From positions 21,514,001 to 21,578,000 of the forward strand of contig CM119383.1 in assembly GCA_051294905.1 (NCBI GenBank): 64,000 nucleotides of DNA, in the 5' to 3' direction. Shown in pieces: positions 50,401 through 64,000 of the stretch; positions within the stretch are counted from its first letter, which is position 1; every line of letters starts with the position of its first letter. This DNA is from Botryllus schlosseri (Eukaryota). Made by a program: the position numbers and the translations under genes. Below the pieces are notes generated by a model. It was not told the DNA's origin, did not search any database, and saw only the letters and a list, made by a program, of their open reading frames with translations.

Positions 50401-53400
50401 GATTTTTTAACTCCGCCGCCCAAAATACGCGTTTCATCGGAGATTCCTCGTTGCGAAATGTGCCATCGTTAGTGAACTGAATATGAGCCCCGTTAGTGAC
50501 CTGAATAGTGAATATGTCCCACGCAGAATCCTGTAATCGTCATCTATGAATATGGGCCTTGGTTGTGTTTTCTTAACGAACCGAAATCTTATTTCCACCA
50601 ATCTCATTTTAAACCGTGAAATAATATTGACCGTGATGAAAAAGACCAACAGGTGATAAGCATGTATTTTTCTGTTTGACAAACGACAACAACTTTGTAA
50701 TTGAAGAGATGCTCAGGAGTATTTAACCTCAAAGTACATTTGAATAATATATTCACGTTTATTCACGAAGTTTTCCGAGCTGGCACTCGTCAATAAAGGA
50801 ACAAATCATGAAACCAGCTATTGATTGTTGCTACACAAAATTTTGGATGTTTTCATTATTGTTGGTAAACAATGTCTTGAATGTTCGCTTTATAGCTGAC
50901 GGTAACCCCTGATGCGATTGTATTGGAAGATGTAATATGGTTCTCACCATTTAATAAAATGATGGGCATAACCCAGTCTTTAAACCAAAGCGAAAATCCT
51001 CAGTGATGATGATAAATGCGTACGTTTGACTGCACAAAACCGGCCCTAATTGAGATAACCGCAAAAACGTGACGGGATAATTCCAATGGGTGACCCATCA
51101 ATCAAAAAATTGGCCAGGGTTCAAAGAATCCTAGCTTTGATCAAAGCGAACTACTCCTAGGCCGGGCTGGGAAAATCGACTGATTCGAATCCGAATCGGA
51201 TTTAGGCTTCGAGTCGAACCGAGTATTCGACAATAACTCATTATGACGTCGAAGCAGTATAAATGATGCAGAATATTGCATTCGCCAGCCTGTTGCGTAT
51301 TTTTATAAAATGCCCGTTAGACAATATTCATTGTACTAGAACCAAGCGAGGTGAGAATATATCTTTGGTTTCCGCGATCGATGCATGACGAGCAGCGTTA
51401 TGGGGAAAACGTTGTCGCCTACGTCGCAAAACGCGACATGAATCGGATTGGGAAAAAACGGTTACGCATCCTTTAGTCAATGTCTTGCACGTTTGAGGAT
51501 CGAATTTGCGACCAACTTTGTGTGAGAACGGTAGGAGCGCGTCAAGTATGACGAGACAGCTCAGCTTGAAAATATTTGTCGTCGTGAAATAACGACAACG
51601 CACTCTTGGCGAGACGGCTGGAGAGTCACTGTCACTTACAAAAAAAGTATTTAAATTCTAGAGGTGTTATTGGGTTTGACGGGGGTTGTTACGAAACACA
51701 TACTGATATCTCGTTGCATTCAAGAAGGAATTCGACAACTTGATCCTCCTAGTTGCTTAATTATACTAATTAGTAATTAGTGCGAAACACCGGTAATCTA
51801 AGCCCAAGTTAGGCGAACAGACATTCGCCATTCTCGTGCTTATGAGAATTACCTCTGTTTGATATGAACTTAACTTCATTCTAATCGCATTTCTTCATTA
51901 TTCGGAATTTAATTCAACTCTGTAATTACAATTATAATCGAACTTCGAAAAGATGAAGATTTTCTGGTTTTCCGTAGTCTTATTCTGATTCAAGGATGTA
52001 GAACCGGTAGTTTGTGCAAGTCAGCATTAGGACGGGTGTGTCTGTGATCTTTTCACTGGTCTGTCTGTGGGAAGGATGATTGTATTTAAGTCGATACCGA
52101 ACTAAATCAGTTCAACGCGACGGGATTGACTTCCATCAGTCCATGCTATGGGTATTGTTCATCAACCCATCTTATATAGATGTTGGACTACAGGTACTGT
52201 GTTCAGATACAATATAGATCATGTCCATTGTATGAGCTCAATACCAGCAATATGTTGATTTCGGACTAAACAAACCAACATTGATCCATGTTATCGTCAA
52301 TACAGATTTTACTACTCTTGCATATCACCACGAAAATACAATATTGACTCAGGACAACCGTCTGAAATACTTTCCCATCTGATATAAGCTATATAAGGAG
52401 TTGAGCGTTCACACTACTAATTGTAAGCTTGTAAAATAGAGCTAAAGTGTTTCACGGTTTCGAATGTTGTTGTACGCGTACACGTCAGATTCACGTTTCG
52501 CGTTTCAAATTGGTTCACTAAATTTTACGCGGCTACTTGAGCTTAAAGGAGCATATCTCTGAATACCCGACTTGTATGCATTATTTCAGGAATGCCTTAT
52601 TCGACCGCCTTATATTATCATCCGGGCAGATACCCCACTTGAACGTACGAATGCAAAATCGTTGACAATTGTAAATACTGTATCGAGGATTTAGAAGTAA
52701 TGTACACTTCAGAACATCCGCCGGACGCGAGTGACTCCACCTGCTCGGCAGTTACAAAAATACGGTTTCGTATTCTTGCATACGGGCCTGAGTGACACAT
52801 CAACGTTTTTACACAGGTACGTTTATGTCAACGTTTTGCTTAGGGATCATGGGGTTTCGACATTTATGGTCAATTAGTCATTTCACCCCAGTTCAGTGTT
52901 AGTTCCGATCATGCCCGGGTTGCGGACTTACAGCACGGGACGGCCCTCTACCCTATTGGAAGACACCACTTATACGGAGCCAGACATGGGCAATTAGATA
53001 ATTCTGATTGTCTACTAAGGCTAATTAGAGCGAAATTCAATTCTAATATAATTTTTGAAATATTTATATGTTTTCATTTTAACCTAATGTATTTTCTGGT
53101 TGCCGAAAAATGCTACAGGAGAACTCCATGACATAAAACGAGTCAAGTTTGCTGTACATACATTTGAAATTCTCATGTTTAAAAGAAAGAACTCTGGTTT
53201 GATAGGAACTTGTTTTCTCTTGTTCGGAATTTAATTCAAATGAGAAGTTTTCTCGGAATCCGTAATTCGAATTCTAATCGAATATGGACAAAAACTGAGT
53301 AACTATAACTCTAATTCTAATTTAATCTACTCGTCTCCCAACCTTCATTCCAACATACGACAGGCTACTGTTGCATTGTAAATAAACGTAGACCTAAATA

Positions 53401-56400
53401 AATGGATAATAAATCGCAAGCGGGCCTACGACAAATTAACTTGTCGCAGGCCCCGCCGCAAGTTGAGTCGACATCGTGCTATGGAACAAGTGAATTTCTT
53501 TAGTATGGTTTCACTATAAAGAGAAGCCTAAGCGGTACAATTTGCAGTTGCTATTTAATGATAAGTCAGCTATAACAATGGCGATTGCGTTGCCGTGTAT
53601 GCAGATGATATTGGGTGAAGTTGAAGATGAATGACCCTCAAATTATAATTCCCCGTGATGGATGTCTAGGTACTTCTAGCGAGTAAAGAAAGTTGATATC
53701 ACAATATTGATCTGACCATAAAAACCTCACCGATGGGTCACCGAATGCCGAGTCAATAAGGAGTACAATGCGGCATAAGGTGAGAAAGGTGATATGCGAC
53801 GCCGCAAGACGTACAGCTCTTTCGAATACGATACGGGGTGAGATGTAAATGGATCTATAGGAAACTTTCGATGTTTGTAAGATTGCGGGAATACAGACGG
53901 TATCAGAATTTAAGAGAACAAGAGAGCAATCGATAATAATTGAATATTATATCCTTTTAACGGCACACACTTGAAAATAAAATCTCTTATGCGGAGCTAG
54001 TCATGGACAACACGTATGCATATTCGGATTGTCTGTGGGTGTGGGCTTATTGAGCTACCACCACTGTAGAGTGCATCTTCTGCATCATGAACGCAATTTT
54101 ATAGTATTGATGGATGATAATAGCTAGATTTATTGATGATATAGTGACATCCAGCTTACTACACTGACTCTGTGAAATTAGATCATCAGACAAGGTTGAT
54201 ATCGACTAAGTTGAGAAAATGATCGAGACTTGGGAATTTCGCCATTCGGGACACTCCTAGACATTTTTTTAAATTCATAATTGAATAAAAACTCGCATTC
54301 TTCTGAAGCTGCCAGATTCGTATACCAGGAAAGGGTGCTGGATTTTTAATACGATACTCCACAATCAAATGTAATACCACATTTCTCTATTTTACCAAGG
54401 CATTATTAGGTATATTCGAAGATAGTGACCATTGGTGCGCCAACGTGAAGTGTATTTATTCCGTATGTGGATGTTTAATCTACAGATGGAAGCAGGATCC
54501 GGATAGGATCGGATCCAACATAGGGTTACTGCAATACCGGTTTGGCATTCAGCAGTCCCATTTATAATGCAAACGATTGGTAATTTGATCACATTTATTT
54601 AGAAATGTTCGAATGCATAACGTCACTCACACCCGCCGGTAATTACGATCAATCAACGAGATCCAGTCGATAACACCAGCACATCTGGTAGTCTGAAACA
54701 ACGGACTGTTTCCACTCGGTGCGCTTCTAGTTCTACTTGCGCTTTTCAAAAATATTTACCGGAAACTTAGAAAATACGTGTCGTCGATTGGCCGATACCG
54801 GTGTTCTGTTGTGTGTCGTTCTAGTAGCCATTGCTATAGCGCGGAGTCATCACTACTAAAAGTGGCGTAGCCACGGAGTGGGTTCTTTTTGTCGCAACCC
54901 CTCCCATTTCCAATTCGATACGCCATCCTTTTTGAAATGTCGACTCTATCTTCAACATTTTCTTCTCTTATTTGCAATTCACTTATTCGTCTTTTCAGTG
55001 CTGAATTGCTCCGCAAATGAATCTAGCTAGTTGTGTTTTAGCTTGTCGCGGATTTTTAAATGCCGTTAGTTCTAGTTCCAGTTGCGTATTTTGAAAATCC
55101 ACTACTTTGTACAAATCTACTCTAGGGCACACCGGCGACATACGTCATCGCACACTACCAGTGAGTTACCACCAGGATCTATTTACAATTTGTTTTGTTA
55201 TCGGAAACCATTTAGCCCATCAATGTCAATCATCACAAATTTGCAGTTGCGTCCCGGATGGCTTCGCTCAATATGTATTTCCCTCTAATAATTATACACC
55301 GTAGCGAACCAAATAGTTCCATTGGTCAAATCGCGATCGCTTTTCAAAGTCACGTTCCGCCGTAATGGAAGGGTTGCTTCAACATACGAGGAAGAAAAAT
55401 GCAAGAGTATGGAATGTATTCTCGAGCTCGGAATTTGACACTGGTAGTATAGGAATGAAATGAACAAACCACAGACCACCGACGAAGACAAGAGAAATCG
55501 ACGGCTGAATTCACGTGACGAGATGACATGGGCGGTTACAAACGTATTGCAGCCTGAGTTACGTGTGGTTAACGCTACTCACGTTAGTGGAAACGACATA
55601 TCTGCATAGTCGAGATAGACCATAGCATTGTTACAAATTGCAATGAAATAGGCATGGTTGCAAAAACACCAAATAAGCTTTAACGTAATGTAGAACTGAT
55701 ACTATATTCTTTGTGGTGGCATAACGGTACCTATTTGAACTTTTCACGTCATTCGTAATATTGTGACGCAATACTGTATGATATTAGAGTAGGCTATTTG
55801 ACGCGTATTACTCGATTCAGCATCGAATCTCTCAGGTACCCGATTCTACCCAGTCCAGATAAAAATCAGTTCTCACGAATCGCTATTCGGGGCAGGCCTG
55901 TAGTTGGAGTAAAGCGCCGTATTTCCGTCTGCGACAATCATAAAATACTCCAGTAAAGATATGGTTAGAAAATATAATATTGGGAGATTGGATGCGATCT
56001 ACTTCACGGTTACCGAAGGCATCTGGTAGTTATGTAAGCGCACGCGCGCAATACTGAAAACCCGCCTACCGCGTGCGGATTAGCAGAGATCACGATAAAT
56101 CCACTGTTTATATCCCTCCCTTGTAAAAACACGACTACAGCTTCCGCGGAGCGCAGGTAGCGTCTCGAGCTCACAGCCGCATCAACGCGTGTAATGATTT
56201 GCCGTCACGGCCGCGAGGATTTCAAGTACGACTCAAACAAAACTCTCACAGAGTTCAATCAAAATCATCGGCTCCAGAATTCCAGAAGCATTCCAGGGGA
56301 TTTCAAATAATCTCGCCTATCGGAGTATGCTCGCGAGGTCCGTGTCTGCCTGTGCTATCAATATTATGTACCAGCGACACGTAAAGATAACAGCATAACG

Positions 56401-59400
56401 CTGGCGCGCAGACTTCGACATCCTGAACATTTTCAGCTTTTACAAAATAGATATATTAGAGTTATAGCTACACAGTAATTTTACAACTCAGACTAAAACT
56501 AGAATTATAACTACACAGTTTTATCCAGATTATACTAGAATTAGAATTATAGGTATAGAGTTCTGTTCAAATTAGATTTGAATTAGAAATGTAACTACAG
56601 ATTTTTCCAGATTAGATTACAATTAGAATTACTGAATTCGCAAAAACACTGACAATGAATGAAGTTTTCAGTTCATATCAACTCAGCGTTCATTCGCATA
56701 AGAATGATAGTTGCAAATGTTTGTACTGCAAGCTTGGCTCGTTTCGCCCTTCCCAGTTCTCCTCCAACCTTCTCATGAAAACCAGAAATTAGATTAGAAT
56801 TAAACTTGGGGTATAGACACATTGGACAAATTATATTATAATTCGATTTCCGGCATTTCGCTCTAATTAGTCTAATTACATGGCTAGAACTATCTAGTTT
56901 CCAAGTATGCTTGAGCGTATCATCAACATATTAACAGGGTCCTAAGACCTATTCCAGCAAAAATTATGCGGTCGATCCTAATCAAAGTCCATTGCTTAGG
57001 TATTGCGAGTCACTTCGTCAACATCAACAAACACATCCATGCAAATCTCCCGATAACCTATTCGTCCCCTTGACTATCGGCGTAGCGGTGTGGCGAGGGG
57101 TTATTCCGGTACGTCAATATTATACATGATAGATCACGCGCCTAGACTTATGATTATATACGCCGGCGAGATTGGAGGCTGCAAGCGAGTAGTGTGGTCC
57201 CAATGAGTCAGACTTCGCGCCGCTAGGCAATCGTCGGCGAGGTGATCGCCGCGTACCGATTTTGTAGCACTTATACAAGGTATTCATATTGCTTGACTTT
57301 ACAGTGTACACACTGTACAGTGTACAATGCACTGTGTACAGTACATGAACGGACATAAAGGAAACGGTACACTGGACTAGGTCTAGGTCAACTAAAATTA
57401 CAGTTTCGATAATATTTTTAATCATGGAACATAAAAGACGTGTATGTCTGTGAAGTTGTGATCGACTAACAGCAGTGTCACAAAGTGCAGCGAAATAGGC
57501 ATGTGTTGAAGAACTAGCATTATGTTTATCCTGATTGCATGAAAGTACATAAGTGCACAAGTGCATGAAAGTACGTAAGATCTACGCCTACTCTAAGGAC
57601 ATGCTCGTTTCAACACCAGCCCACCTCAACATAATGTAATAAAGCAATAAGCATTAAGGATGCATACAATTGTATATCTAGACTAGACTGAAACGCAATA
57701 ATAAAAACCACAATTAAATCGCAAATATACCACGCCACTGATGTTCCACCTATGGAATACTGTAAGTGCCACCAAATTTCTGTTTGTGCCCAAGTGTAGA
57801 TCGGCGAAGTTAATGTACAGATGCATTATAAATATAACAATGCCTCGCCCTTAACCTGTCGTATGTCCATTGCCCAAAGATCTTGCAGCTGGATGGTATA
57901 GTCATGGATACATGTGCCTTTACTGTCTAATTTTAATATGCCTCCAGGAACGAAAACTACATGAATCCATGAACGAATTGTATTCGATTCAGTGATTCAA
58001 GCAAAATATGTATTTTTCGGTGAACAGAATCTGGGTCATTCAAGGTTTTGTTCTAGGTGTGGAGACGCGAACAGTAGTACATGCGAAGGGGTAATCAGTT
58101 CAGCAATCACTGAAAGGAAATGAATACACTCCGCAGCTTAACTTACGCCAGACAGACTCGAAATCACACTTGAGCGATATACTCGCTACTTGGTTATCAG
58201 TTTAAAATCTCAATTTGGTAGTTTTGAGAAATACTTTCAAAGGATGATCTACTCCCGCGAACTTTGAAGCAGTCATCCATTTTCTAAAGCCGTCCTTGAA
58301 AGGGCCCGACGCCTGCGCTGGACCGGCAAATGATCGCGGATCAGTATGTGAGACGAGGTCGGGTGCAAATCTTGGGTTATCAAAAAGAGATTATTGACTA
58401 TGGAATGATCCATTTTGGTGTTTTATTTTCAATTCGAATATTTCAGCATCATAATAACTCGAATGCGGTGGATAATATAATCGAACACTTTATCCATAGT
58501 TAAGTGGATATTTATTACATTTCTTTTGCACAGTAGATCTATTCATAGCACTCAAGACATCTGCAAGATTAAGTAACATGATCAAGAGACCAGAAAATTT
58601 AATCTCGTTAACTCAACCACGGCCGTTACTGCAAGTAAGTATGGCTCACAATGCATGCAACCAAGACGTAATTTGTCTATCAGAATTAAACCATGGTGTA
58701 TTCATTTTTAATGTTTCGTGATCTCTTAACGTTTTCAATTATATTTCCCGCTTCAGACACAATGTACATGTCAAAATACGACCCATGGATTGGGAACTAC
58801 CGAGCTAGACAACCGGCATCGCGGTATATTTCCAACGGACTCCAGAAACCAGCGCTTGACATGGATCGATTGAGATCAAAACAAAATATTTTGATTTCGC
58901 AAAGAATCACATTCCCTGTTATAGCCTATCCGTGTCTTGAAGTGCGTAGTTTATATAGACGAGGCACGAGGGATTCTCACTGTTTTGAAGGAGACAAGAC
59001 GCTTATATCGCGCGGCCTGTTCAAATAGATTACGATCGATCGGCCTGAATGATAAGGTCCGTCGTATCTTTGAACCGGTGCTTCTCGTATATAGGAGCTA
59101 GGCCAATTAATGAAGTATCCTATCGAATGGTCAAAGTAACGCGAAGTTTAAAAGCTTTCTCTTATTGATTTTACTGATTGCCTTAGCGTCAAGCGATTGC
59201 CATTTCGAGAAGGTCTACCATTTAGAAAGTAACATACCATCTCTATCAACAAACCTGCGCGTGACCAATCTATTCAAGAAAGTCACGTAGAGATGTTGAA
59301 ATAGAATATCAATGACGAATCTCTCCCAACATTATTACGATCGAATAGCGACGGCGAAGTCACAGATTAGGTTTGATTCTCGTTTGAGAACTAGGCGTAC

Positions 59401-60151
59401 CACATTAATTTACTGATTCTAGTTACTAATTTTCACATGCTACTAATGAAATTTTAATATAAGATTGGAATTCTACACCATCTGATAATTGACATCTTTA
59501 TCCCATAACTGATAAGCAACAGAAAAGCAGAATATTAGAATGCAGTCCATAGCGACTAAGACCATATACGCATAATCGTACAGCGTTAGTAGTATAGTTA
59601 TTTGTGCGTTATAGGCGAATGCTTGTTTTGCAAATAGTCCAACTTAATAACTCTGCTGGTTTAAACGATAAATTATAATTATTATATATACCCGACCGGT
59701 TTAAGGTTTTTAAACTTGATAAGACTGAACCGGGGATGGAAATTTATGTTGCTCTGATCGTTATTGAATATAATGTTTCATTCGACATTATATTATGAAT
59801 TATGCATGGGTGTCTCTTCGTAGTGAATTTCAAAAATATGTTGGCTATTTTTGTTAGCAATCTTAAAACGCGTTTATGGTTACATTATCTTACACTATGC
59901 ACATTGTACCACCATATGGTCGCGCGTGAATGTGAGTGATTGCACTCGGGTGTACTCAAATAAAGAAAGGCTATGCTGTTAGTTTGTCGAATAGTTGATT
60001 ACACAATAGCGAAATGACACTCCGTGACTGTCGAATTTCGATGAATAGGTGTACCTTACAAGATATGGTGCGGATTATACATAATACAGACACAGTCAGT
60101 CCACATTGGCAGTAACGTTGCCATTGAATAATATATATTATATACATATAT

Positions 60152-60349
60152 ATATTGAAATAAACTCGAATATATTCGGCTGACTCTCGTCAGGCGTAAT
60201 CGTCAGCAACTAGTCGAGAATTACTAGTTACTATTATTACTACTACTAGTTTGTGACGATTACCCCTGGCGAGTGTCATCCGAAAATATTTGGGTTTAAT
60301 TCAATATGAATGTATTATTCAATTGTATAATGTAGTTCAGTACCTCCAA
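60152..60349. repeat. High-copy palindromic repeat family (actagttgctgacgattacccctgacgagtgtcagccgaa...), complete hairpin copy
   Basis: Inverted arms 60152-60214 and 60245-60307 around an (act)n spacer, plus a tail ending gtacctccaa. Other full or half copies at about 9284-9385, 18359-18421, 35626-35695, 35862-36055, 36282-36342, 43508-43655, 49918-49980 and 63345-63449. Confidence 0.85.
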
Positions 60350-60748
60350 GAGTCTCTCTGAGGTTGCCAATAATTAGCAACATTACGTTCCTGGTAATAA
60401 ACCGAAAACGGCAGACGAAATTCAGAAACTGAGCAACGACCATATGGTATGAAAAGCTCTTGCGAGATATCAGTCTCCGACTTGAGCTGAATTTCCGCGA
60501 AAGCGGGGACGTAACACGTTTGATCAATAGGGCGGGGCCTGTAGTTTACATCCCAATAACTCCTCTCAGCGACAATGACGACCAAGCCTCGCCCGGTATG
60601 GATATTGGAAGCATAAAAATTCCAACACCGTACACCGGGTGTTTATTCGAATCAAAGCAGTCGATTACAGTTAATTTACCGTGACCGGCTTTATAAACTC
60701 CGCAATCTCAACAACGGTTAAACCAACAGCAGCTAGAAAAGGTATATA

Positions 60749-61060
60749 ATATGGTTGCCCGACATATGAGCATGCGACACAATGGAAAACGACAGTTCAG
60801 CATGGAACACATCAGAATGCGTCACTTCAGCATGTGACTGTATAACCCTAAAACTTACCCTAACCCTAAACATAGCCTAACCTAACCTAACCTAGCCTAA
60901 CCTAACCTAAAACCTAACCCTAACCCAACCATAAATCCAACCCTAACCTACCTCTAACCCGTAGTTTAACCCACATGCTCATGTGTCGCATGCCAAATTG
61001 TCGCATGCCGAAGTCTCGCATGCTGTAATGTCGCATGCTCATATGTCCACGGACCATATA
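60749..61060. mobile_element. Foldback/MITE-like element with 15-bp subrepeat arms and a central (CCTAA/CCCTAA)n array
   Basis: Ends atatgg...gacatatgagcatgcgaca / tgtcgcatgctcatatgtc...ccatat; right arm has tgtcgcatgc at 15-bp period; 60845-60960 is telomere-like. Confidence 0.78.
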
Positions 61061-61448
61061 ATATATATGGACGGAGGTACTTAATAGGATAACCGCAAGT
61101 ATGTCGATAACTCGAGTGTAAACGCAGCTTCTCTCACACAAATTCACCTATTTAGCATAATAAACGATTTATTATCCAATGAATTGCTTATTTCATAATA
61201 GACGGTATATCTCAGAATAAGGCCCCGCTCAAAGCTTGGTCCAATTACAAAAGTTTGCTTAGATCCGTTATAACTCTCATGAAATAATTTACTGTCGCAT
61301 AAATGTAATAAGTTATAACCGTGTACGAAATCCGTTAAAGCGGCATTAGCAAAATGAATAAACGAAATGGATTTAATATTCTGTTATACACAGCTAGTGG
61401 GAGAGTTGGTATCTTTTATTTCCTCATTTTTATAAACACGCATGCACC

Positions 61449-61905
61449 TAGGGTTGCATTTACAACTAAAATCAATTCGAAACAAACATGTTTAAAACAA
61501 GGCCCGGAGCCTATGATATCGTAGGCCCTGCAAGGCCCTTGTTCAAAATATTTTTTCAAGTCCATGACGTCACGAATGTACTAGTGTGACGTCATAGTGG
61601 ATTAACATTGTCAATTGAAACTATTGGGTTTATATAGCTCCATTGACGAGATATCTACGTACTATAGCTGTTTAACCGACTATTTTGAGGGTCCCAACCA
61701 TCCCATATCATATACGTCGGCTGTATCGGTTGGTATTCGTCCGTAGGCTCATACCACATGTTTTTTGGAAAGTATGTACACAATTATGGCATAATTATAC
61801 AACTTAAAAAACATCATTTAAAAAAAATGCCTTCGTTTAAAATGCTGTTTAAACATGTTTTAAACAAAGTGCTTTAAACAACCATTTGTTTTATATGCAA
61901 CCCTA
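61449..61905. mobile_element. hAT-type MITE (TAGGGTTGCAT family)
   Basis: TIRs tagggttgcat / atgcaacccta; TSD catgcacc / cgtgcacc (7/8). Confidence 0.86.
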
Positions 61906-64000
61906 CGTGCACCCGAGACTTTGAGCACCACCGATCTTGACAACCGAAGATCCTGGAGAGATTCGGGCTCTAATCATGGCTGTTACCTATTGTTAGTTTG
62001 GATATGAACAGAAATAACAAACTTTGCTTCTACAAATCAACGATAGTGTATTTGGTTTTGTTAAGAAACGAATAAAATACTGGGACAGATAAGGTCCGGA
62101 GTCTAAACTGCGATCAGCCAGTTGAATGGCCCTGGTATATTGCATCACAGATAACGGGAATTTATCGCTCGCAGAGAAGCTTAACTTCCGCGATCGTTTC
62201 GCTGTCGGATATGAAACGCACCAGTTAGTCGACACTTCACAAGCGCGACGCCGTGATTACTGATTGCTGATTAGCGCTGTGACGCCGAAACTAGATATTA
62301 ATGATCACTTAAGAAGTGGGATTCAAGTGCCATAATTAGTACCTAGAAAAGCAATTCTGTGCCATTATACAAAAAATAAATCAACCGATTTTAACCGGAA
62401 ATAACGAGACAGCTACGAGACAGTCATGACAAGGTTCAATAGCATGTTCGCGGAGCTAATGGTCCACTTGTTTGGATCACGTCCCTAGTAGGAAATGAAC
62501 ATCACTGATGGTCGGCCGTACTTCTATGTATCGGACACGTTATGTGTGTGTAGGGAAATGTCGGTAAACGGACTGAAATTTAAGATATCACCACGATACA
62601 ACTATCGCCCAGATCTGGGTTTCCCAAACCGGGGGTACAGAGAGTATATCAATTAAACCCCAAAGTTAACTGCACATTATCCGATGTATAAAACTGTCGA
62701 GCGTTCAATTTGGATACTTCACGTAAGCTACGATCAGTAATAATGATATGCAATTTTGTGAGCTGACCGTAGATTGTGGACTGTTGAAAATGATTATTTC
62801 CGTTTATTACTATATGCGGCTATGCCAGGTATAATCTGTTCCATCTATTTGGGTCTGGAATCCTAAACTCAATACTGCACAATGCCATATTTGCGAAAGT
62901 GCCTGAGAGAATATCGGTAATGACCATAACATATATGGGATGGGGATATAATATATATATCGTCGTACTGGAGTGGTGGACTTGCATGAATATTTGTTAA
63001 AGATCCGACAACCAACGTAAAATTTTGAAATACGGAAGACAACGGGTTATCCGGGTGGTTGGTAGAATGATTGAAATGTTGGGCCTAACTATTTTTCCTA
63101 GCCATTTATGTGTCTCCTATGGATTTGTTAAAATGTTGAGGGCCGCTACTACGCGTAAAATAATTACTATCTGGCCGGATAGGGATAAAGATTGCATTGT
63201 GCGTAACCCCGTTTTACAATTGAACGAAATAGTGATATTTAAATGCACCCAAATATTTTCGGCTCACACACGTCAGCGGTGATCGCCAAAGAATTGAACA
63301 GAACATTTTATATCAACAATCGTACAATGTTCTTCCCAATTCTCAACTAGCTGCTGGCCATAACCCCTGACGAGTGCCAGTCGAAAATATTCGGGTTTAT
63401 TACAATATCAATATAATATTTCAATGTATATTGTAGTTCTGTACCTCCAACCGTACCGGCACTTGGTACGGGGGTTCTTTAGTTATCGTAGGCGGGTTGG
63501 TTCCGTTATTGCAAATCTCTTCAAATAAACGCTCTAATGTTTTCGAAATGCCAGTTGTGCTAGATGCCATATTTTTAATATCGGCCGACTATATCGTGGT
63601 TATCGGTCAAGGCGCTTAGTTATCGGTATCGGCTCAAAAATCCGACAACGGTCAGGCTCTAGTTATCACTACACAATTCGTGTTCTGCGATAGCGCTCTA
63701 TTAGTAAGTCGGTTCGGTATGCAGAGTACAAAGCTCTTCAACTCCCCTTTGTAAGCACTTCACGACGGTCATCAACGACATATTACGGCCGATAAGAAAA
63801 TTCAAAGAACCGTACCGTCGTCGTCGTGTACTACAATACGGTGACGCCAACATAAACGCTAAATACACAAATATCGTTACCGACTTCGCCACGCAAAATT
63901 GCCTGCTACAATGCCTTGAATAAATCGACAAATTGACCGAATTGATACATTTACCGCTTCATGAAACTCATACGAAATGTCGCCCGATTTGGGCTATCGA

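Noticed and set aside
54834-55016. LRSNSALKRRISELQIREENVED, faintly like the NtA C-terminus ([22 protein letters not shown])
   Set aside because: Similarity is marginal, there is no suitable donor after it, and the upstream NtA motifs are absent.
57120-57566. 148-aa minus-strand ORF
   Set aside because: Low-complexity tgtaca/cagtgt repeats inflate it; no domain.
58693-59028. 111-aa plus-strand ORF
   Set aside because: No recognisable motif or splice context.
60337-60684. Overlapping open frames of 80-100 codons on both strands between two repeats
   Set aside because: Locally higher GC explains the open frames; no family recognised.
63701-63931. Minus ORF with a hydrophobic stretch and NMSLMTV, and a plus frame with LRPIRKFKEPYRRRRV (faint NtA or integrase resemblance)
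   Set aside because: Both resemblances are too short, and there is no donor site linking to agrin.

Overview
AT-rich invertebrate metazoan genomic DNA, probably a tunicate (inferred from 55-95 bp minimal introns, mosaic CpG depletion and the agrin architecture). The window is dominated by one minus-strand gene, agrin. I reconstructed 29 coding exons by hand (44643 down to 202; 3940 nt, about 1313 codons). They splice in one continuous reading frame with matching intron phases: linker - FS - FS - FS - [extra SEA-like domain] - FS (degenerate) - FS - FS - GAG site/FS - two laminin-EGF - FS - Ser/Thr-rich/GAG region - SEA - laminin G1. The gene runs off the left end, and no N-terminal NtA or transmembrane exon was recognised in the upstream ~19 kb. 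The most unusual features are a second SEA module inside the follistatin array carrying a mucin-type G/SVIF autoproteolysis motif, apparent loss of the second Ser/Thr region and EGF1, a follistatin domain that lost one disulfide pair, a GC-AG intron and mini-exons. Introns are packed with non-autonomous DNA transposons: hAT-type MITEs with 8-bp TSDs (twice nested), a TA-flanked Tc1/pogo-type MITE, and two foldback elements containing telomere-like repeats. No tRNA, rRNA or CRISPR array was seen.
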